Shown piece by piece: positions 11,713-21,561 of a DNA stretch of 64,000 nucleotides. The notes below the pieces were generated by a model. The model ran no database searches. It was not told the origin of the DNA and saw nothing but the letters and a program-made list of their open reading frames with translations. Within the stretch, counting starts at the first letter, position 1. Each line of letters begins with the position of its first letter. A program made the translations under genes and the position numbers. This DNA comes from a phage, in the sequence record PZ445437.1; one strand, written 5' to 3'.

Positions 11713-12843
11713 TTATGGATAGGTATAGATGATACCAGTTTCTAAAGCAGTTTTATGAATGATGTATCCATTACGTGATTCTTGAACATCAACTTCTGGA
11801 TAGTCTTTCATCATCTTCTGAAGAGTATAACGATGCAGATAGTATTTACTATCTGGATTTTCAGTTTTCCAATCTTTACCTTCTTCGGTCATTTTTTGGA
11901 TTTCATCCATAACCCACCAACCACACCAGATGTAAGCTGAAGTACGATGTGGAAGAGGATGAACATAAGGTAATTCACCTTCTGGCTCTGGAGCAACTTT
12001 ATCAGTTACCTGAACTTGACCTTCCGCCGTAATAGTTTTGCTATCATAATCAGCAGCAGTAACAGTTGCAGTAACTTCAATAGTTTGACTTCCAATAGAT
12101 GAGGTATCAACTGTATATACATTAGTTGATCCTTCTACAGGAGAAGAATCTTTCTTCCATGAATATTCAATTTGCGCTTCTTCTGGAGCATCAGTGACAT
12201 TAGCAGTAAATGTAGCCGAAGCATCTTGCTGAACGTTAATAGAAGGAGGAGTCAATGTAACCTGTGGATTCATTGTCTTCTTATTAACCGTTAATGATAC
12301 TTCATTAGAAGTAACTTCCTTTTCATTGTAATTTTCAGCAGTTACTTGAGCTACGCATTTAATTCTTTTTACTCCACTTGTAGTTGGAGTATAGCTAAAT
12401 GTAGAGTTAGTTTCTCCACCAACTTGTGAATCATCTACATACCACTGATACGTAGCAGATGCACCTGGTGGCTGCGAAGCTAAGGCAGCGGTAAATTCAA
12501 CAGCTGTTCCAATCACTCCAGCAGCAGGACTATCGGGAGTTACTGCCAAAGTAGTTGTCTGTGTCTTATTTTGAACTGTGATAGTTGTAGTAGCTTCTGC
12601 TGTTTCAGCTTCAGCTTCTGGAACTGTATTTGTTGCAACTACTTTAATAGTCTTTTGACCGGCAGGTCCTTTTAATACATAATTAAAAGTTGCTTCAGCT
12701 CCATCTTGTGGAAAATCATCTACAGTCCAAGCATAGGTAATAGTTCCACCTCCAGTTTCACCACTGGGTGTAGCAGTAAACTGCTGAGTCTGATCTATAA
12801 CTCCAGTAGGTGTTTTAGGAGTTATATCAACTGTAAAAGCCAT
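11713..12843 (-). CDS. hoc: highly immunogenic outer capsid protein Hoc (Ig-like repeats)
   Basis: 376-aa ORF recognised as T4 Hoc (…YAWTVDDFPQDGAEATF…, C-terminal capsid-binding domain). Confidence 0.95.
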   Translation of the reverse strand: MAFTVDITPKTPTGVIDQTQQFTATPSGETGGGTITYAWTVDDFPQDGAEATFNYVLKGPAGQKTIKVVATNTVPEAEAETAEATTTITVQNKTQTTTLAVTPDSPAAGVIGTAVEFTAALASQPPGASATYQWYVDDSQVGGETNSTFSYTPTTSGVKRIKCVAQVTAENYNEKEVTSNEVSLTVNKKTMNPQVTLTPPSINVQQDASATFTANVTDAPEEAQIEYSWKKDSSPVEGSTNVYTVDTSSIGSQTIEVTATVTAADYDSKTITAEGQVQVTDKVAPEPEGELPYVHPLPHRTSAYIWCGWWVMDEIQKMTEEGKDWKTENPDSKYYLHRYTLQKMMKDYPEVDVQESRNGYIIHKTALETGIIYTYP

Positions 12844-12852
12844 AAGTTATCC

Positions 12853-13533
12853 TTATTTTAATGTTACGAAAGAAGAATTGCGTGTTTCACGAATTAAAAC
12901 TGATCCGTCACGGTTAATGTAATAAATTAAGCTAAATAAAGTTTGGTGTGCTGACGCATGCTCAAAACTTGTTGGGTGAGATTTCCAATCCGGAGTTTCA
13001 GCAATCCATTGATAAATCCACCAAGGAACAGTGCAGAATCCTGGATTTTTTCCAATCAACTGAAGATTCGGGCTAAAGTTTTCCGGAAGAGTAAATACAG
13101 ACGGCTTTTCAGATTCAATAATCTCAGCTACAGCTTGTTCGAATTTTTCTTCAACAAAAGGAGTATCTTCAATCAAAACATCGGTATTTTCAGGAATTTT
13201 ATCCGTTTCTACTACTTCAATTTTAATGTCAGATTTAACTGGAGAATCAATCAGAAGTGCTGCTTCTGGATTGACTTCTTCATCGTCATATTTTAATCCC
13301 TCTGCGGCATCAGCAGCATCAATTAAGTCTTTAATAGATAACCCATCAGTCTCTGGCATAGGTTCACTAGCGAGCTTCTGGAGGGCTTCTTCAATATCAA
13401 CAACGATATTATCAAAAGATTTATTCTTTTTGACCTTTATACCAAACTGTTCAGCATATTCAGCTAGTTTAGCTTTAGCTTCTTTATTATCATCAAGAGC
13501 CTTCAGCTCTGCAATATAATCTTTATCTATCAT
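12853..13533 (-). CDS. inh: Inh, inhibitor of prohead protease gp21
   Basis: 226-aa ORF at T4 inh position, acidic N-terminal half. Confidence 0.85.
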   Translation of the reverse strand: MIDKDYIAELKALDDNKEAKAKLAEYAEQFGIKVKKNKSFDNIVVDIEEALQKLASEPMPETDGLSIKDLIDAADAAEGLKYDDEEVNPEAALLIDSPVKSDIKIEVVETDKIPENTDVLIEDTPFVEEKFEQAVAEIIESEKPSVFTLPENFSPNLQLIGKNPGFCTVPWWIYQWIAETPDWKSHPTSFEHASAHQTLFSLIYYINRDGSVLIRETRNSSFVTLK

Positions 13534-13546
13534 AATATTTCCTCAG

Positions 13547-13554
13547 TATAAATA
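13547..13554 (+). promoter_or_regulatory. late promoter TATAAATA upstream of uvsW
   Basis: exact motif 30 nt upstream of ATG 13584. Confidence 0.6.
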
Positions 13555-13583
13555 TAGATATATTTATTACATGGTATTTAGAC

Positions 13584-15095
13584 ATGACTGACATTAAAGT
13601 ACATTTTTATGATTTTAGTCACGTGAGAATTGATTGTGAAGAAAGTACATTTCATGAACTCCGTGATTTCTTTAGCTTTGAAGCTGATGGGTATCGTTTT
13701 AATCCGAAATACAAATATGGCCACTGGGATGGACGAATCCGTCTTTTAGATTATAATCGTCTTCTTCCATTTGGCTTAGTCGGGCAAATTAAAAAGTTCT
13801 GTGATAACTTTGGCTATAAAGCCTGGATTGACCCACAAATTAACGAAAAAGAAGAATTATCAAGAAAAGATTTTGATGAATGGCTTTCTAAATTAGAAAT
13901 CTATTCAGGAAATAAAAGAATTGAACCACACTGGTATCAAAAAGATGCAGTGTTCGAAGGATTAGTTAATCGTCGTAGAATTCTTAATCTTCCAACATCC
14001 GCTGGTAAATCGTTAATTCAAGCTTTGCTTGCTCGGTATTATTTGGAAAATTATGAAGGTAAAATTCTTATCATTGTTCCAACAACTGCTCTGACAACTC
14101 AGATGGCTGATGACTTCGTTGACTATCGTTTATTCAGCCATGCAATGATAAAGAAAATTGGTGGCGGAGCATCAAAAGATGATAAATATAAAAATGATGC
14201 ACCAGTCGTTGTTGGTACATGGCAAACTGTAGTAAAACAACCAAAAGAATGGTTCTCACAGTTTGGAATGATGATGAATGATGAATGCCATCTTGCTACA
14301 GGAAAAAGTATTTCATCTATCATATCAGGATTAAATAACTGTATGTTTAAATTTGGTCTATCAGGTTCATTACGTGATGGCAAAGCTAATATCATGCAGT
14401 ATGTTGGAATGTTTGGTGAAATATTTAAGCCAGTAACGACTTCTAAATTAATGGAAGATGGACAAGTAACTGAGCTAAAAATTAATAGTATTTTTCTTCG
14501 CTATCCAGATGAGTTCACTACTAAATTAAAGGGAAAAACTTATCAAGAAGAAATAAAAATTATTACTGGGCTTAGTAAAAGAAATAAATGGATCGCTAAA
14601 TTAGCTATTAAGCTTGCGCAAAAAGATGAAAACGCTTTTGTCATGTTTAAACATGTATCACATGGTAAAGCTATTTTCGATTTAATTAAAAATGAATACG
14701 ATAAAGTTTATTACGTATCAGGGGAAGTTGATACCGAAACCCGCAATATAATGAAAACCTTAGCTGAAAATGGTAAAGGAATAATTATAGTAGCTAGTTA
14801 TGGTGTATTTTCTACTGGTATTTCAGTTAAAAATCTGCATCACGTTGTTTTAGCGCACGGTGTTAAATCAAAAATCATTGTATTACAAACAATCGGTCGT
14901 GTATTACGTAAGCATGGTTCTAAGACAATAGCAACAGTCTGGGACCTCATAGATGATTGTGGTGTTAAGCCAAAATCTGCTAATACTAAAAAGAAATATG
15001 TTCATTTGAACTATCTTTTAAAACACGGCATTGATCGTATTCAGCGCTACGCAGATGAAAAATTTAATTACGTAATGAAAACAGTTAATTTATAA
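13584..15095 (+). CDS. uvsW: UvsW SF2 DNA helicase
   Basis: 503-aa ORF recognised as T4 UvsW (MTDIKVHFYDFSHVRIDCEESTF...; Walker A NLPTSAGKS; DECH box). Confidence 0.95.
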   Translation: MTDIKVHFYDFSHVRIDCEESTFHELRDFFSFEADGYRFNPKYKYGHWDGRIRLLDYNRLLPFGLVGQIKKFCDNFGYKAWIDPQINEKEELSRKDFDEWLSKLEIYSGNKRIEPHWYQKDAVFEGLVNRRRILNLPTSAGKSLIQALLARYYLENYEGKILIIVPTTALTTQMADDFVDYRLFSHAMIKKIGGGASKDDKYKNDAPVVVGTWQTVVKQPKEWFSQFGMMMNDECHLATGKSISSIISGLNNCMFKFGLSGSLRDGKANIMQYVGMFGEIFKPVTTSKLMEDGQVTELKINSIFLRYPDEFTTKLKGKTYQEEIKIITGLSKRNKWIAKLAIKLAQKDENAFVMFKHVSHGKAIFDLIKNEYDKVYYVSGEVDTETRNIMKTLAENGKGIIIVASYGVFSTGISVKNLHHVVLAHGVKSKIIVLQTIGRVLRKHGSKTIATVWDLIDDCGVKPKSANTKKKYVHLNYLLKHGIDRIQRYADEKFNYVMKTVNL

Positions 15096-15108
15096 GGGCT
15101 TCGGCCCT

Positions 15109-15351
15109 TTGGAGAAAAAGATGTTACTAGAATTTAAACAATTTCTTTATGAAGCTTCTATTGATGAATTTATGGGTAAAATTGCCTCTTGTCAAACATT
15201 AGAAGGTTTAGAAGAACTTGAAGCTTATTATAAGAAAAGAGTCAAAGAAACTGAATTAAAAGATACTGATGACATCTCTGTGAGAGATGCTTTGGCAGGA
15301 AAAAGAGCTGAATTAGAAGATTCAGACGATGAAGTAGAAGAAAGCTTTTAA
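15109..15351 (+). CDS. uvsW.1: UvsW.1 small acidic protein
   Basis: 80-aa ORF immediately after uvsW, SD GGAG inside intercistronic hairpin. Confidence 0.85.
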   Translation: MEKKMLLEFKQFLYEASIDEFMGKIASCQTLEGLEELEAYYKKRVKETELKDTDDISVRDALAGKRAELEDSDDEVEESF

Positions 15352-15352
15352 A

Positions 15353-15383
15353 TTAAAAAAGGCCCAACCAAAAAGGAAGGGCC
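15353..15383 (-). terminator. candidate minus-strand terminator
   Basis: GGCCC...GGGCC stem with 13-nt loop; on minus strand followed by UUUUUU. Confidence 0.4.
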
Positions 15384-15406
15384 AAAACTATAGACTAAAG
15401 GTCACA

Positions 15407-15574
15407 CTATAGCAAAAGTTGTGTTTCATTTAATTGTTCTTCCGAACTTTCTGAAACTGGTAGTTCTTTAATGTAATTATAGCAAGGCCCAGGATGTACA
15501 GGACCTTTGTCTGTTTCAACAACCAATGCAGAATCGATTGGAGTTTTACAGACAACACAAATCTTATCTGACAT
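15407..15574 (-). CDS. 55-aa Cys-containing small protein (not in ORF track, below 60-aa cutoff)
   Basis: ATG preceded by GAGGAGA SD; translation MSDKICVVCKTPIDSALVVETDKGPVHPGPCYNYIKELPV...; CxxC + C motif. Confidence 0.6.
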   Translation of the reverse strand: MSDKICVVCKTPIDSALVVETDKGPVHPGPCYNYIKELPVSESSEEQLNETQLLL

Positions 15575-15602
15575 GATTGTCTCCTCTGAATTATATATCT
15601 AT

Positions 15603-15827
15603 TTATACAACTCTCATATGCATATCAATGCCCATATCTTTAGAATAAAAATATTCATCAAGATATCCGGCAAATTTTCCTTTAATATAAAGGACATCTT
15701 CACCGCATGGATGGTCGGCCAGGATACGAATATCCTGACGCTTAAGATTATGCTTTTTCATTAAGAATTGAATCTCAGTTTCAAATTCTTCTTCATAATT
15801 AAAAGCATCATCAATGCTATATCTCAT
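15603..15827 (-). CDS. hypothetical protein upstream-adjacent to uvsY (uvsY.-1/-2 region)
   Basis: 74-aa ORF with ATG start overlapping uvsY stop. Confidence 0.7.
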   Translation of the reverse strand: MRYSIDDAFNYEEEFETEIQFLMKKHNLKRQDIRILADHPCGEDVLYIKGKFAGYLDEYFYSKDMGIDMHMRVV

Positions 15828-16240
15828 TATTTTCCAGCCTCAAATGCTCGCATGTCTTGAATATGCTTAATAGCAAATCCACGTGATTTAATAGCATCAA
15901 GAGCTCCGCTACAGAAATCCAATAAAATCCCCCAATACTGTAACGAGGTATCAACCTTTAAAACATCCTTATCAGCTGATAGAACTGTTTTCATTTCTGA
16001 TTTCTCGTAACGATCCATACTAAATTCATCACCATCTCCTCGTCCCGAGTAGTAGTCTAATCTAGCTTTAAGAGCAACTTTTTTCTGTGCATCAATTCTA
16101 AGCATTTCCTTTTTAATACTTGAATGCTTATTAAGCCATTTACTATATAACATCACATTATTAGCTGCTTCATACTGCAATTTAGTCGAATCTATAAACA
16201 CATCTTTCTTCAATTCTTCTTGAAGATCTTCTAATTTCAT
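15827..16240 (-). CDS. uvsY: UvsY recombination mediator
   Basis: 137-aa ORF recognised as T4 UvsY (MKLEDLQEELKKDVFIDSTKLQYEAANNVMLYSKW...). Confidence 0.95.
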   Translation of the reverse strand: MKLEDLQEELKKDVFIDSTKLQYEAANNVMLYSKWLNKHSSIKKEMLRIDAQKKVALKARLDYYSGRGDGDEFSMDRYEKSEMKTVLSADKDVLKVDTSLQYWGILLDFCSGALDAIKSRGFAIKHIQDMRAFEAGK

Positions 16241-16280
16241 ATTGTTCTCTATTCAATTGTTATTGGATGGACTTAGATTC

Positions 16281-16306
16281 ATTATACCACGTTTATACGT
16301 GAAGCA
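16281..16306 (-). promoter_or_regulatory. MotA-dependent middle promoter for uvsY
   Basis: minus strand reads TGCTTCA (MotA box) - 13 nt - TATAAT; matches T4 middle-promoter architecture. Confidence 0.6.
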
Positions 16307-16705
16307 TTATACTCTGTTACTGGAAGCCAGTTGTAGTTTTATCTGCTCAATATCATCAGGGTTATCGATGACTGAAAAGCGTATTTCTACTATCAGAGTA
16401 TAATCATCATAAACTGGTATTACATTAACTGCTAATTTATCAATACGTGGCTCGTAGTTTCTTACTGCGCTTTCAATGTTACGCTCAACAGTATCAGCAG
16501 TAAGAGGAGTCATATTCTCAAAAAGCTGATCAGATAAATCGCATCCAAACTCTGGGTCAAATGGCCTTGACCCTTTCCTGGTTGTAATAATTCCTAAAAG
16601 GCTATTTTTAATTGACCTTAATCCAAGAGATCTGGAAACGTCTTTGTCCCAATCCATTTTCATTTCTGGGTCAATGTCAGAATAAAGCTTATTAATATTT
16701 GCCAT
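16307..16705 (-). CDS. 25: baseplate wedge protein gp25
   Basis: 132-aa ORF recognised as T4 gp25 ([57 protein letters not shown]...). Confidence 0.95.
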   Translation of the reverse strand: MANINKLYSDIDPEMKMDWDKDVSRSLGLRSIKNSLLGIITTRKGSRPFDPEFGCDLSDQLFENMTPLTADTVERNIESAVRNYEPRIDKLAVNVIPVYDDYTLIVEIRFSVIDNPDDIEQIKLQLASSNRV

Positions 16706-17331
16706 TACAATAGCTCAAAGAATTCTTTGAGTCCTCTTATTACATGAGCGTGAGTTTTTCCACACTCTGGACACTTAATTGGAACAGCCAAATAAACAGT
16801 AGGCTTTAAAAGCATATCTTTTATAGCTACAATATCTGACTCTGTGATGATAGAATATAAATCTTCCAACTCTTTTTCATTTAAGTCTTCAATTGGAATG
16901 CTTTCACCGTTAGCATGAATCGTTTCTATACATGATACTATCATGTGGGCTATATTTTTATCATCAAAAATTTTAGGGTAATGGAACTTAATTTTAATGT
17001 CACCCAGTGTATACCAGAGGTCTTCTGGTGCATCTATTTGTGTATGTAATAGATTTATATGGGTTGGTATTTCAGTTCCGCAGGTGCACTTCCAGGAGTT
17101 TTCGTGATTAACTTCTCCAAGAGAATGTGCCCATAAATGAATCAATAGTAGTTCTGATTCTTGGCGGTTTAAATCTTTTGCATTTGTGCATTCTTTAATT
17201 AGCTTTTTAACGATCTCTTCTACTGAACCGTTCTTTTTAGCAGTAATAAGTTCTAGATATTCTTTAAGAGTAAATGCGCGACAGTTGATTATTTTAGAAC
17301 CAACTCTCACATCAAATTTGTATTCATACAT
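16705..17331 (-). CDS. 26: baseplate hub protein gp26
   Basis: 208-aa ORF at T4 gene 26 position. Confidence 0.9.
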   Translation of the reverse strand: MYEYKFDVRVGSKIINCRAFTLKEYLELITAKKNGSVEEIVKKLIKECTNAKDLNRQESELLLIHLWAHSLGEVNHENSWKCTCGTEIPTHINLLHTQIDAPEDLWYTLGDIKIKFHYPKIFDDKNIAHMIVSCIETIHANGESIPIEDLNEKELEDLYSIITESDIVAIKDMLLKPTVYLAVPIKCPECGKTHAHVIRGLKEFFELL

Positions 17332-17352
17332 ATTTAGCTCCTTTATTTATCA

Positions 17353-17360
17353 TATTTATA
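17353..17360 (-). promoter_or_regulatory. late promoter TATAAATA (minus strand) for gene 26
   Basis: plus-strand TATTTATA = minus TATAAATA, 22 nt upstream of gene 26 ATG; overlaps the divergent gene 51 late promoter. Confidence 0.55.
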
Positions 17361-17364
17361 AATA
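17357..17364 (+). promoter_or_regulatory. late promoter TATAAATA for gene 51
   Basis: exact motif 18 nt upstream of ATG 17382. Confidence 0.6.
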
Positions 17365-17381
17365 GAATAAAAGGAGCATCT

Positions 17382-18134
17382 ATGGCAAACATTATTCGTT
17401 GTAAATTACCAGATGGTGTTCATCGTTTTAAACCATTTACGGTAGAAGATTATCGAGATTTTTTGTTAGTTCGAAACGATATAGAACATCGGTCACCACA
17501 AGAACAAAAAGAAATAATTGCTGATTTAATTGCCGATTATTTTGGAGACTATCCGAAGACTTGGCAACCATTTATATTTTTGCAGGTATTTGTAGGGTCA
17601 ATAGGTAAAACTAAAGTACCGGTCACATTTGTATGTCCAAAATGTAAAAAAGAAAAGACAGTTCCATTTGAAATATATCAAAAAGAATTAAAGGAACCTG
17701 TTTTTGATGTAGCTAATGTTAAAATTAAATTAAAGTTTCCTTCTGAGTTTTATGAAAATAAAGCAAAGATGATTACTGAAAATATTCATTCCGTTCAAGT
17801 AGATGAAATGTGGTATGACTGGAAGGAAATTAGCGAATCAAGTCAAATAGAACTTGTTGATGCCATCGAGATAGAAACATTAGAAAAAATTCTCGATGCA
17901 ATGAATCCTATTAATTTAACATTACATATGTCATGTTGTAATAAGTATGTAAAAAAATACACTGATATAGTAGATGTGTTTAAGCTATTAGTTAACCCAG
18001 ATGAAATATTTACTTTTTATCAAATTAATCACACGCTTGTAAAAAGTAATTATAGCTTAAATTCAATAATGAAAATGATTCCTGCCGAGCGCGGATTCGT
18101 ATTAAAACTGATTGAGAAGGATAAGCATCAATGA
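17382..18134 (+). CDS. 51: baseplate hub assembly catalyst gp51
   Basis: 250-aa ORF at T4 gene 51 position, Cys-rich (CPKCKK, CCNKY). Confidence 0.9.
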   Translation: MANIIRCKLPDGVHRFKPFTVEDYRDFLLVRNDIEHRSPQEQKEIIADLIADYFGDYPKTWQPFIFLQVFVGSIGKTKVPVTFVCPKCKKEKTVPFEIYQKELKEPVFDVANVKIKLKFPSEFYENKAKMITENIHSVQVDEMWYDWKEISESSQIELVDAIEIETLEKILDAMNPINLTLHMSCCNKYVKKYTDIVDVFKLLVNPDEIFTFYQINHTLVKSNYSLNSIMKMIPAERGFVLKLIEKDKHQ

Positions 18135-19306
18135 GTATGTTACAACGTCCTGGATATCCAAATCTCAGCGTTAAATTATTTGAGAGTTATGACGCTTGGA
18201 GTAATAATAGATTTGTTGAATTAGCTGCTACTATTACCACCTTAACTATGCGGGATTCTCTTTATGGACGAAATGAAGGAATGCTGCAGTTTTATGATTC
18301 TAAAAATATCCACACAAAAATGGATGGAAATGAAATAATTCAAATTTCTGTAGCTAATGCAAACGATATTAATAATGTTAAAACACGAATTTATGGATGT
18401 AAGCATTTTTCCGTGTCAGTAGATTCAAAAGGCGATAACATCATTGCTATTGAATTGGGAACTATTCATTCTATAGAAAATCTTAAATTTGGTAGACCAT
18501 TTTTCCCTGATGCAGGTGAATCTATAAAGGAAATGCTTGGTGTCATTTATCAGGATTGCACGTTATTAACTCCAGCAATAAATGCTATAAATGCTTATGT
18601 TCCTGATATTCCATGGACTAGCACATTTGAAAACTATTTGTCGTATGTTAGAGAAGTTGCTCTAGCTGTAGGAAGTGACAAATTTGTATTTGTGTGGCAA
18701 GACATCATGGGAGTTAACATGATGGACTATGATATGATGATAAATCAAGAACCGTATCCAATGATTGTCGGTGAGCCATCTTTAATAGGTCAATTCATCC
18801 AAGAATTAAAATATCCATTAGCATATGATTTCGTTTGGTTGACTAAATCGAATCCTCATAAACGCGACCCAATGAAAAACGCTACTATCTATGCTCATTC
18901 ATTTTTAGATTCTTCATTGCCAATGATTACTACAGGAAAGGGAGAAAACTCTATTGTAGTGTCAAGGTCAGGTGCTTATTCTGAAATGACTTATAGGAAT
19001 GGATATGAAGAAGCTATTCGTCTTCAAACTATGGCACAATACGATGGCTATGCTAAATGTTCTACTGTCGGTAATTTTAACTTGACTCCTGGCGTTAAAA
19101 TTATTTTTAATGATAGTAAAAACCAATTTAAAACAGAATTTTACGTTGATGAAGTTATCCACGAATTATCTAATAATAATTCAGTAACTCATCTATATAT
19201 GTTCACTAATGCAACGAAACTGGAAACAATAGACCCAGTTAAGGTTAAAAATGAATTTAAATCTGATACTACCACTGAAGAAAGTAGTTCTTCCAATAAG
19301 CAATAA
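18131..19306 (+). CDS. 27: baseplate hub protein gp27
   Basis: 391-aa ORF recognised as T4 gp27. Confidence 0.94.
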   Translation: MSMLQRPGYPNLSVKLFESYDAWSNNRFVELAATITTLTMRDSLYGRNEGMLQFYDSKNIHTKMDGNEIIQISVANANDINNVKTRIYGCKHFSVSVDSKGDNIIAIELGTIHSIENLKFGRPFFPDAGESIKEMLGVIYQDCTLLTPAINAINAYVPDIPWTSTFENYLSYVREVALAVGSDKFVFVWQDIMGVNMMDYDMMINQEPYPMIVGEPSLIGQFIQELKYPLAYDFVWLTKSNPHKRDPMKNATIYAHSFLDSSLPMITTGKGENSIVVSRSGAYSEMTYRNGYEEAIRLQTMAQYDGYAKCSTVGNFNLTPGVKIIFNDSKNQFKTEFYVDEVIHELSNNNSVTHLYMFTNATKLETIDPVKVKNEFKSDTTTEESSSSNKQ

Positions 19307-19784
19307 AGAAGTTTCTATTCCTAAGATGGGTCTTAAACATTATAACATTTTAAAAGATGTTAAAGGTCCTGATGAAAATTTAAAACTTCTTATTGATTCT
19401 ATTTGCCCGAATTTATCACCAGCAGAAGTTGATTTCGTTTCCATTCATTTATTGGAATTTAATGGAAAGATTAAATCTCGTAAAGAAATAGATGGTTATA
19501 CTTATGACATTAATGATGTTTATGTATGCCAAAGATTAGAATTTCAATACCAAGGAAATACATTTTATTTTAGACCTCCTGGAAAATTTGAACAATTTTT
19601 AACGGTGAGCGATATGTTATCCAAATGCTTGCTTAAGGTCAATGATGAAGTTAAAGAAATTAATTTTCTTGAGATGCCAGCATTCGTTTTAAAATGGGCA
19701 AATGATATTTTTACAACTTTAGCAATTCCTGGCCCTAATGGTCCAATAACCGGAATTGGCAATATTATTGGATTATTTGAATGA
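19251..19784 (+). CDS. 28: baseplate hub distal subunit gp28
   Basis: 177-aa ORF overlapping 3' end of gene 27, as in T4. Confidence 0.88.
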   Translation: MNLNLILPLKKVVLPISNKEVSIPKMGLKHYNILKDVKGPDENLKLLIDSICPNLSPAEVDFVSIHLLEFNGKIKSRKEIDGYTYDINDVYVCQRLEFQYQGNTFYFRPPGKFEQFLTVSDMLSKCLLKVNDEVKEINFLEMPAFVLKWANDIFTTLAIPGPNGPITGIGNIIGLFE

Positions 19785-21553
19785 AAAAGCCACAAGAAAT
19801 GCAAACGATGCGTAGAAAAGTTATTTCAGATAATAAACCAACACAGGAAGCGGCTAAATCCGCTTCTAACACTTTATCTGGACTTAACGATATATCTACG
19901 AAATTGGATGATGCTCAAGCTGCTTCTGAATTAATTGCTCAAACTGTCGAAGAAAAATCGAATGAAATAATTGGAGCAATTGACAATGTAGAAAGCGCAG
20001 TGAGTGATACTACTGCTGGTTCTGAGTTAATTGCTGAAACTGTCGAAATTGGCAATAATATTAATAAAGAAATCGGTGAATCGCTCGGAAGTAAATTAGA
20101 TAAATTAACGAGTTTACTCGAGCAAAAAATCCAGACAGCCGCAATTCAACAAACAGGAACTAGTTTAGCTACGGTTGAAAGCGCTATTCCTGTTAAAGTT
20201 GTTGAGGACGATACAGCTGAATCTGTGGGTCCTTTATTACCGGCTCCTGAAGCAGTTAATAATGATCCTGATGCTGATTTTTTCCCTACCCCTCAGCCAG
20301 TTGAACCTAAACAAGAATCGCCAGAAGAAAAACAGAAAAAAGACGCATTTAACTTAAAATTATCTCAAGCTTTAGATAAATTAACAAAGACTGTTGATTT
20401 TGGATTTAAGAAATCCATTTCAATTACTGATAAAATATCAAGCATGCTATTTAAGTATACCGTTAGTGCTGCTATTGAAGCTGCTAAAATGACTGCAATG
20501 ATATTGGCTGTTGTTGTTGGAATAGATCTGCTGATGGTTCATTTCAAATATTGGTCAGATAAATTTTCGCAGGCTTGGGATTTGTTTAGTACAGACTTTA
20601 CTAAATTCTCTAGCGAAACCGGAACATGGGGTCCTTTATTACAGAGCATCTTTAGTTCTATTGATGAAATTAAAAAATTCTGGGAAGAGGGAGATTGGGG
20701 CGGTTTGACGGTAGCTATTGTAGAAGGGCTTGGAAAGGTTCTTTATAATTTAGGAGAACTTATTCAGCTTGGAATGGCTAAATTATCTGCTGCAATTCTT
20801 CGAGTCATTCCTGGCATGAAGGATACCGCTGATGAAGTAGAAGGAAGAGCACTAGAAAATTTCCAAAATTCTACTGGAGCATCTCTCAATAAAGAAGACC
20901 AGGAAAAAGTTGCAAATTATCAAGATAAACGAATGAACGGAGACCTTGGTCCGATAGCAAAAGGATTAGATAAAATTGCTAATTGGAAAACTCGTGCATC
21001 TAACTGGATTCGTGGCGTTGATAATAAAGAAGCATTGACAACCGATGAAGAACGCGCAGCAGAAGAAGAAAAATTAAAGCAACTTTCACCTGAAGAAAGA
21101 AAAAATGCTTTAATGAAGGCTAATGAAGCTCGGGCCGCGATGATTCGTTTTGAAAAATATGCTGATTCAGCTGATATGAGTAAAGACTCAACGGTTAAAT
21201 CAGTTGAAGCTGCCTATGAAGACCTTAAAAAACGGATGGATGACCCGGATTTAAATAATTCACCGGCAGTTAAAAAAGAACTTGCTGCTAGATTTTCTAA
21301 AATTGATGCTACTTATCAAGAGCTCAAGAAAAATCAGCCTAATGCCAAACCTGAAACTTCTGCTAAATCGCCAGAAGCAAAACAAGTCCAGGTAATAGAA
21401 AAGAACAAAGCACAGCAAGCTCCTGTTCAACAAGCATCTCCTTCGATCAATAATACTAATAATGTTGTTAAGAAAAATACTGTCGTTCATAATATGACAC
21501 CCGTAACGAGCACGACTGCTCCTGGTGTATTTGATGCGACCGGAGTTAATTAA
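19781..21553 (+). CDS. 29: tail length tape-measure / baseplate hub protein gp29
   Basis: 590-aa ORF at T4 gene 29 position, extended helical/low-complexity protein. Confidence 0.93.
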   Translation: MKKPQEMQTMRRKVISDNKPTQEAAKSASNTLSGLNDISTKLDDAQAASELIAQTVEEKSNEIIGAIDNVESAVSDTTAGSELIAETVEIGNNINKEIGESLGSKLDKLTSLLEQKIQTAAIQQTGTSLATVESAIPVKVVEDDTAESVGPLLPAPEAVNNDPDADFFPTPQPVEPKQESPEEKQKKDAFNLKLSQALDKLTKTVDFGFKKSISITDKISSMLFKYTVSAAIEAAKMTAMILAVVVGIDLLMVHFKYWSDKFSQAWDLFSTDFTKFSSETGTWGPLLQSIFSSIDEIKKFWEEGDWGGLTVAIVEGLGKVLYNLGELIQLGMAKLSAAILRVIPGMKDTADEVEGRALENFQNSTGASLNKEDQEKVANYQDKRMNGDLGPIAKGLDKIANWKTRASNWIRGVDNKEALTTDEERAAEEEKLKQLSPEERKNALMKANEARAAMIRFEKYADSADMSKDSTVKSVEAAYEDLKKRMDDPDLNNSPAVKKELAARFSKIDATYQELKKNQPNAKPETSAKSPEAKQVQVIEKNKAQQAPVQQASPSINNTNNVVKKNTVVHNMTPVTSTTAPGVFDATGVN

Positions 21554-21561
21554 GGAATAAT

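Noticed and set aside
12958-13519. Two plus-strand ORFs (112 and 97 aa) overlapping inh
   Set aside because: Antisense to the inh gene; low-complexity translations; no start-site signals
15095-15108. Hairpin AGGGC-TTCG-GCCCT between uvsW and uvsW.1 as a terminator
   Set aside because: No U-tract and it contains the uvsW.1 SD; more likely an intercistronic structure than a terminator
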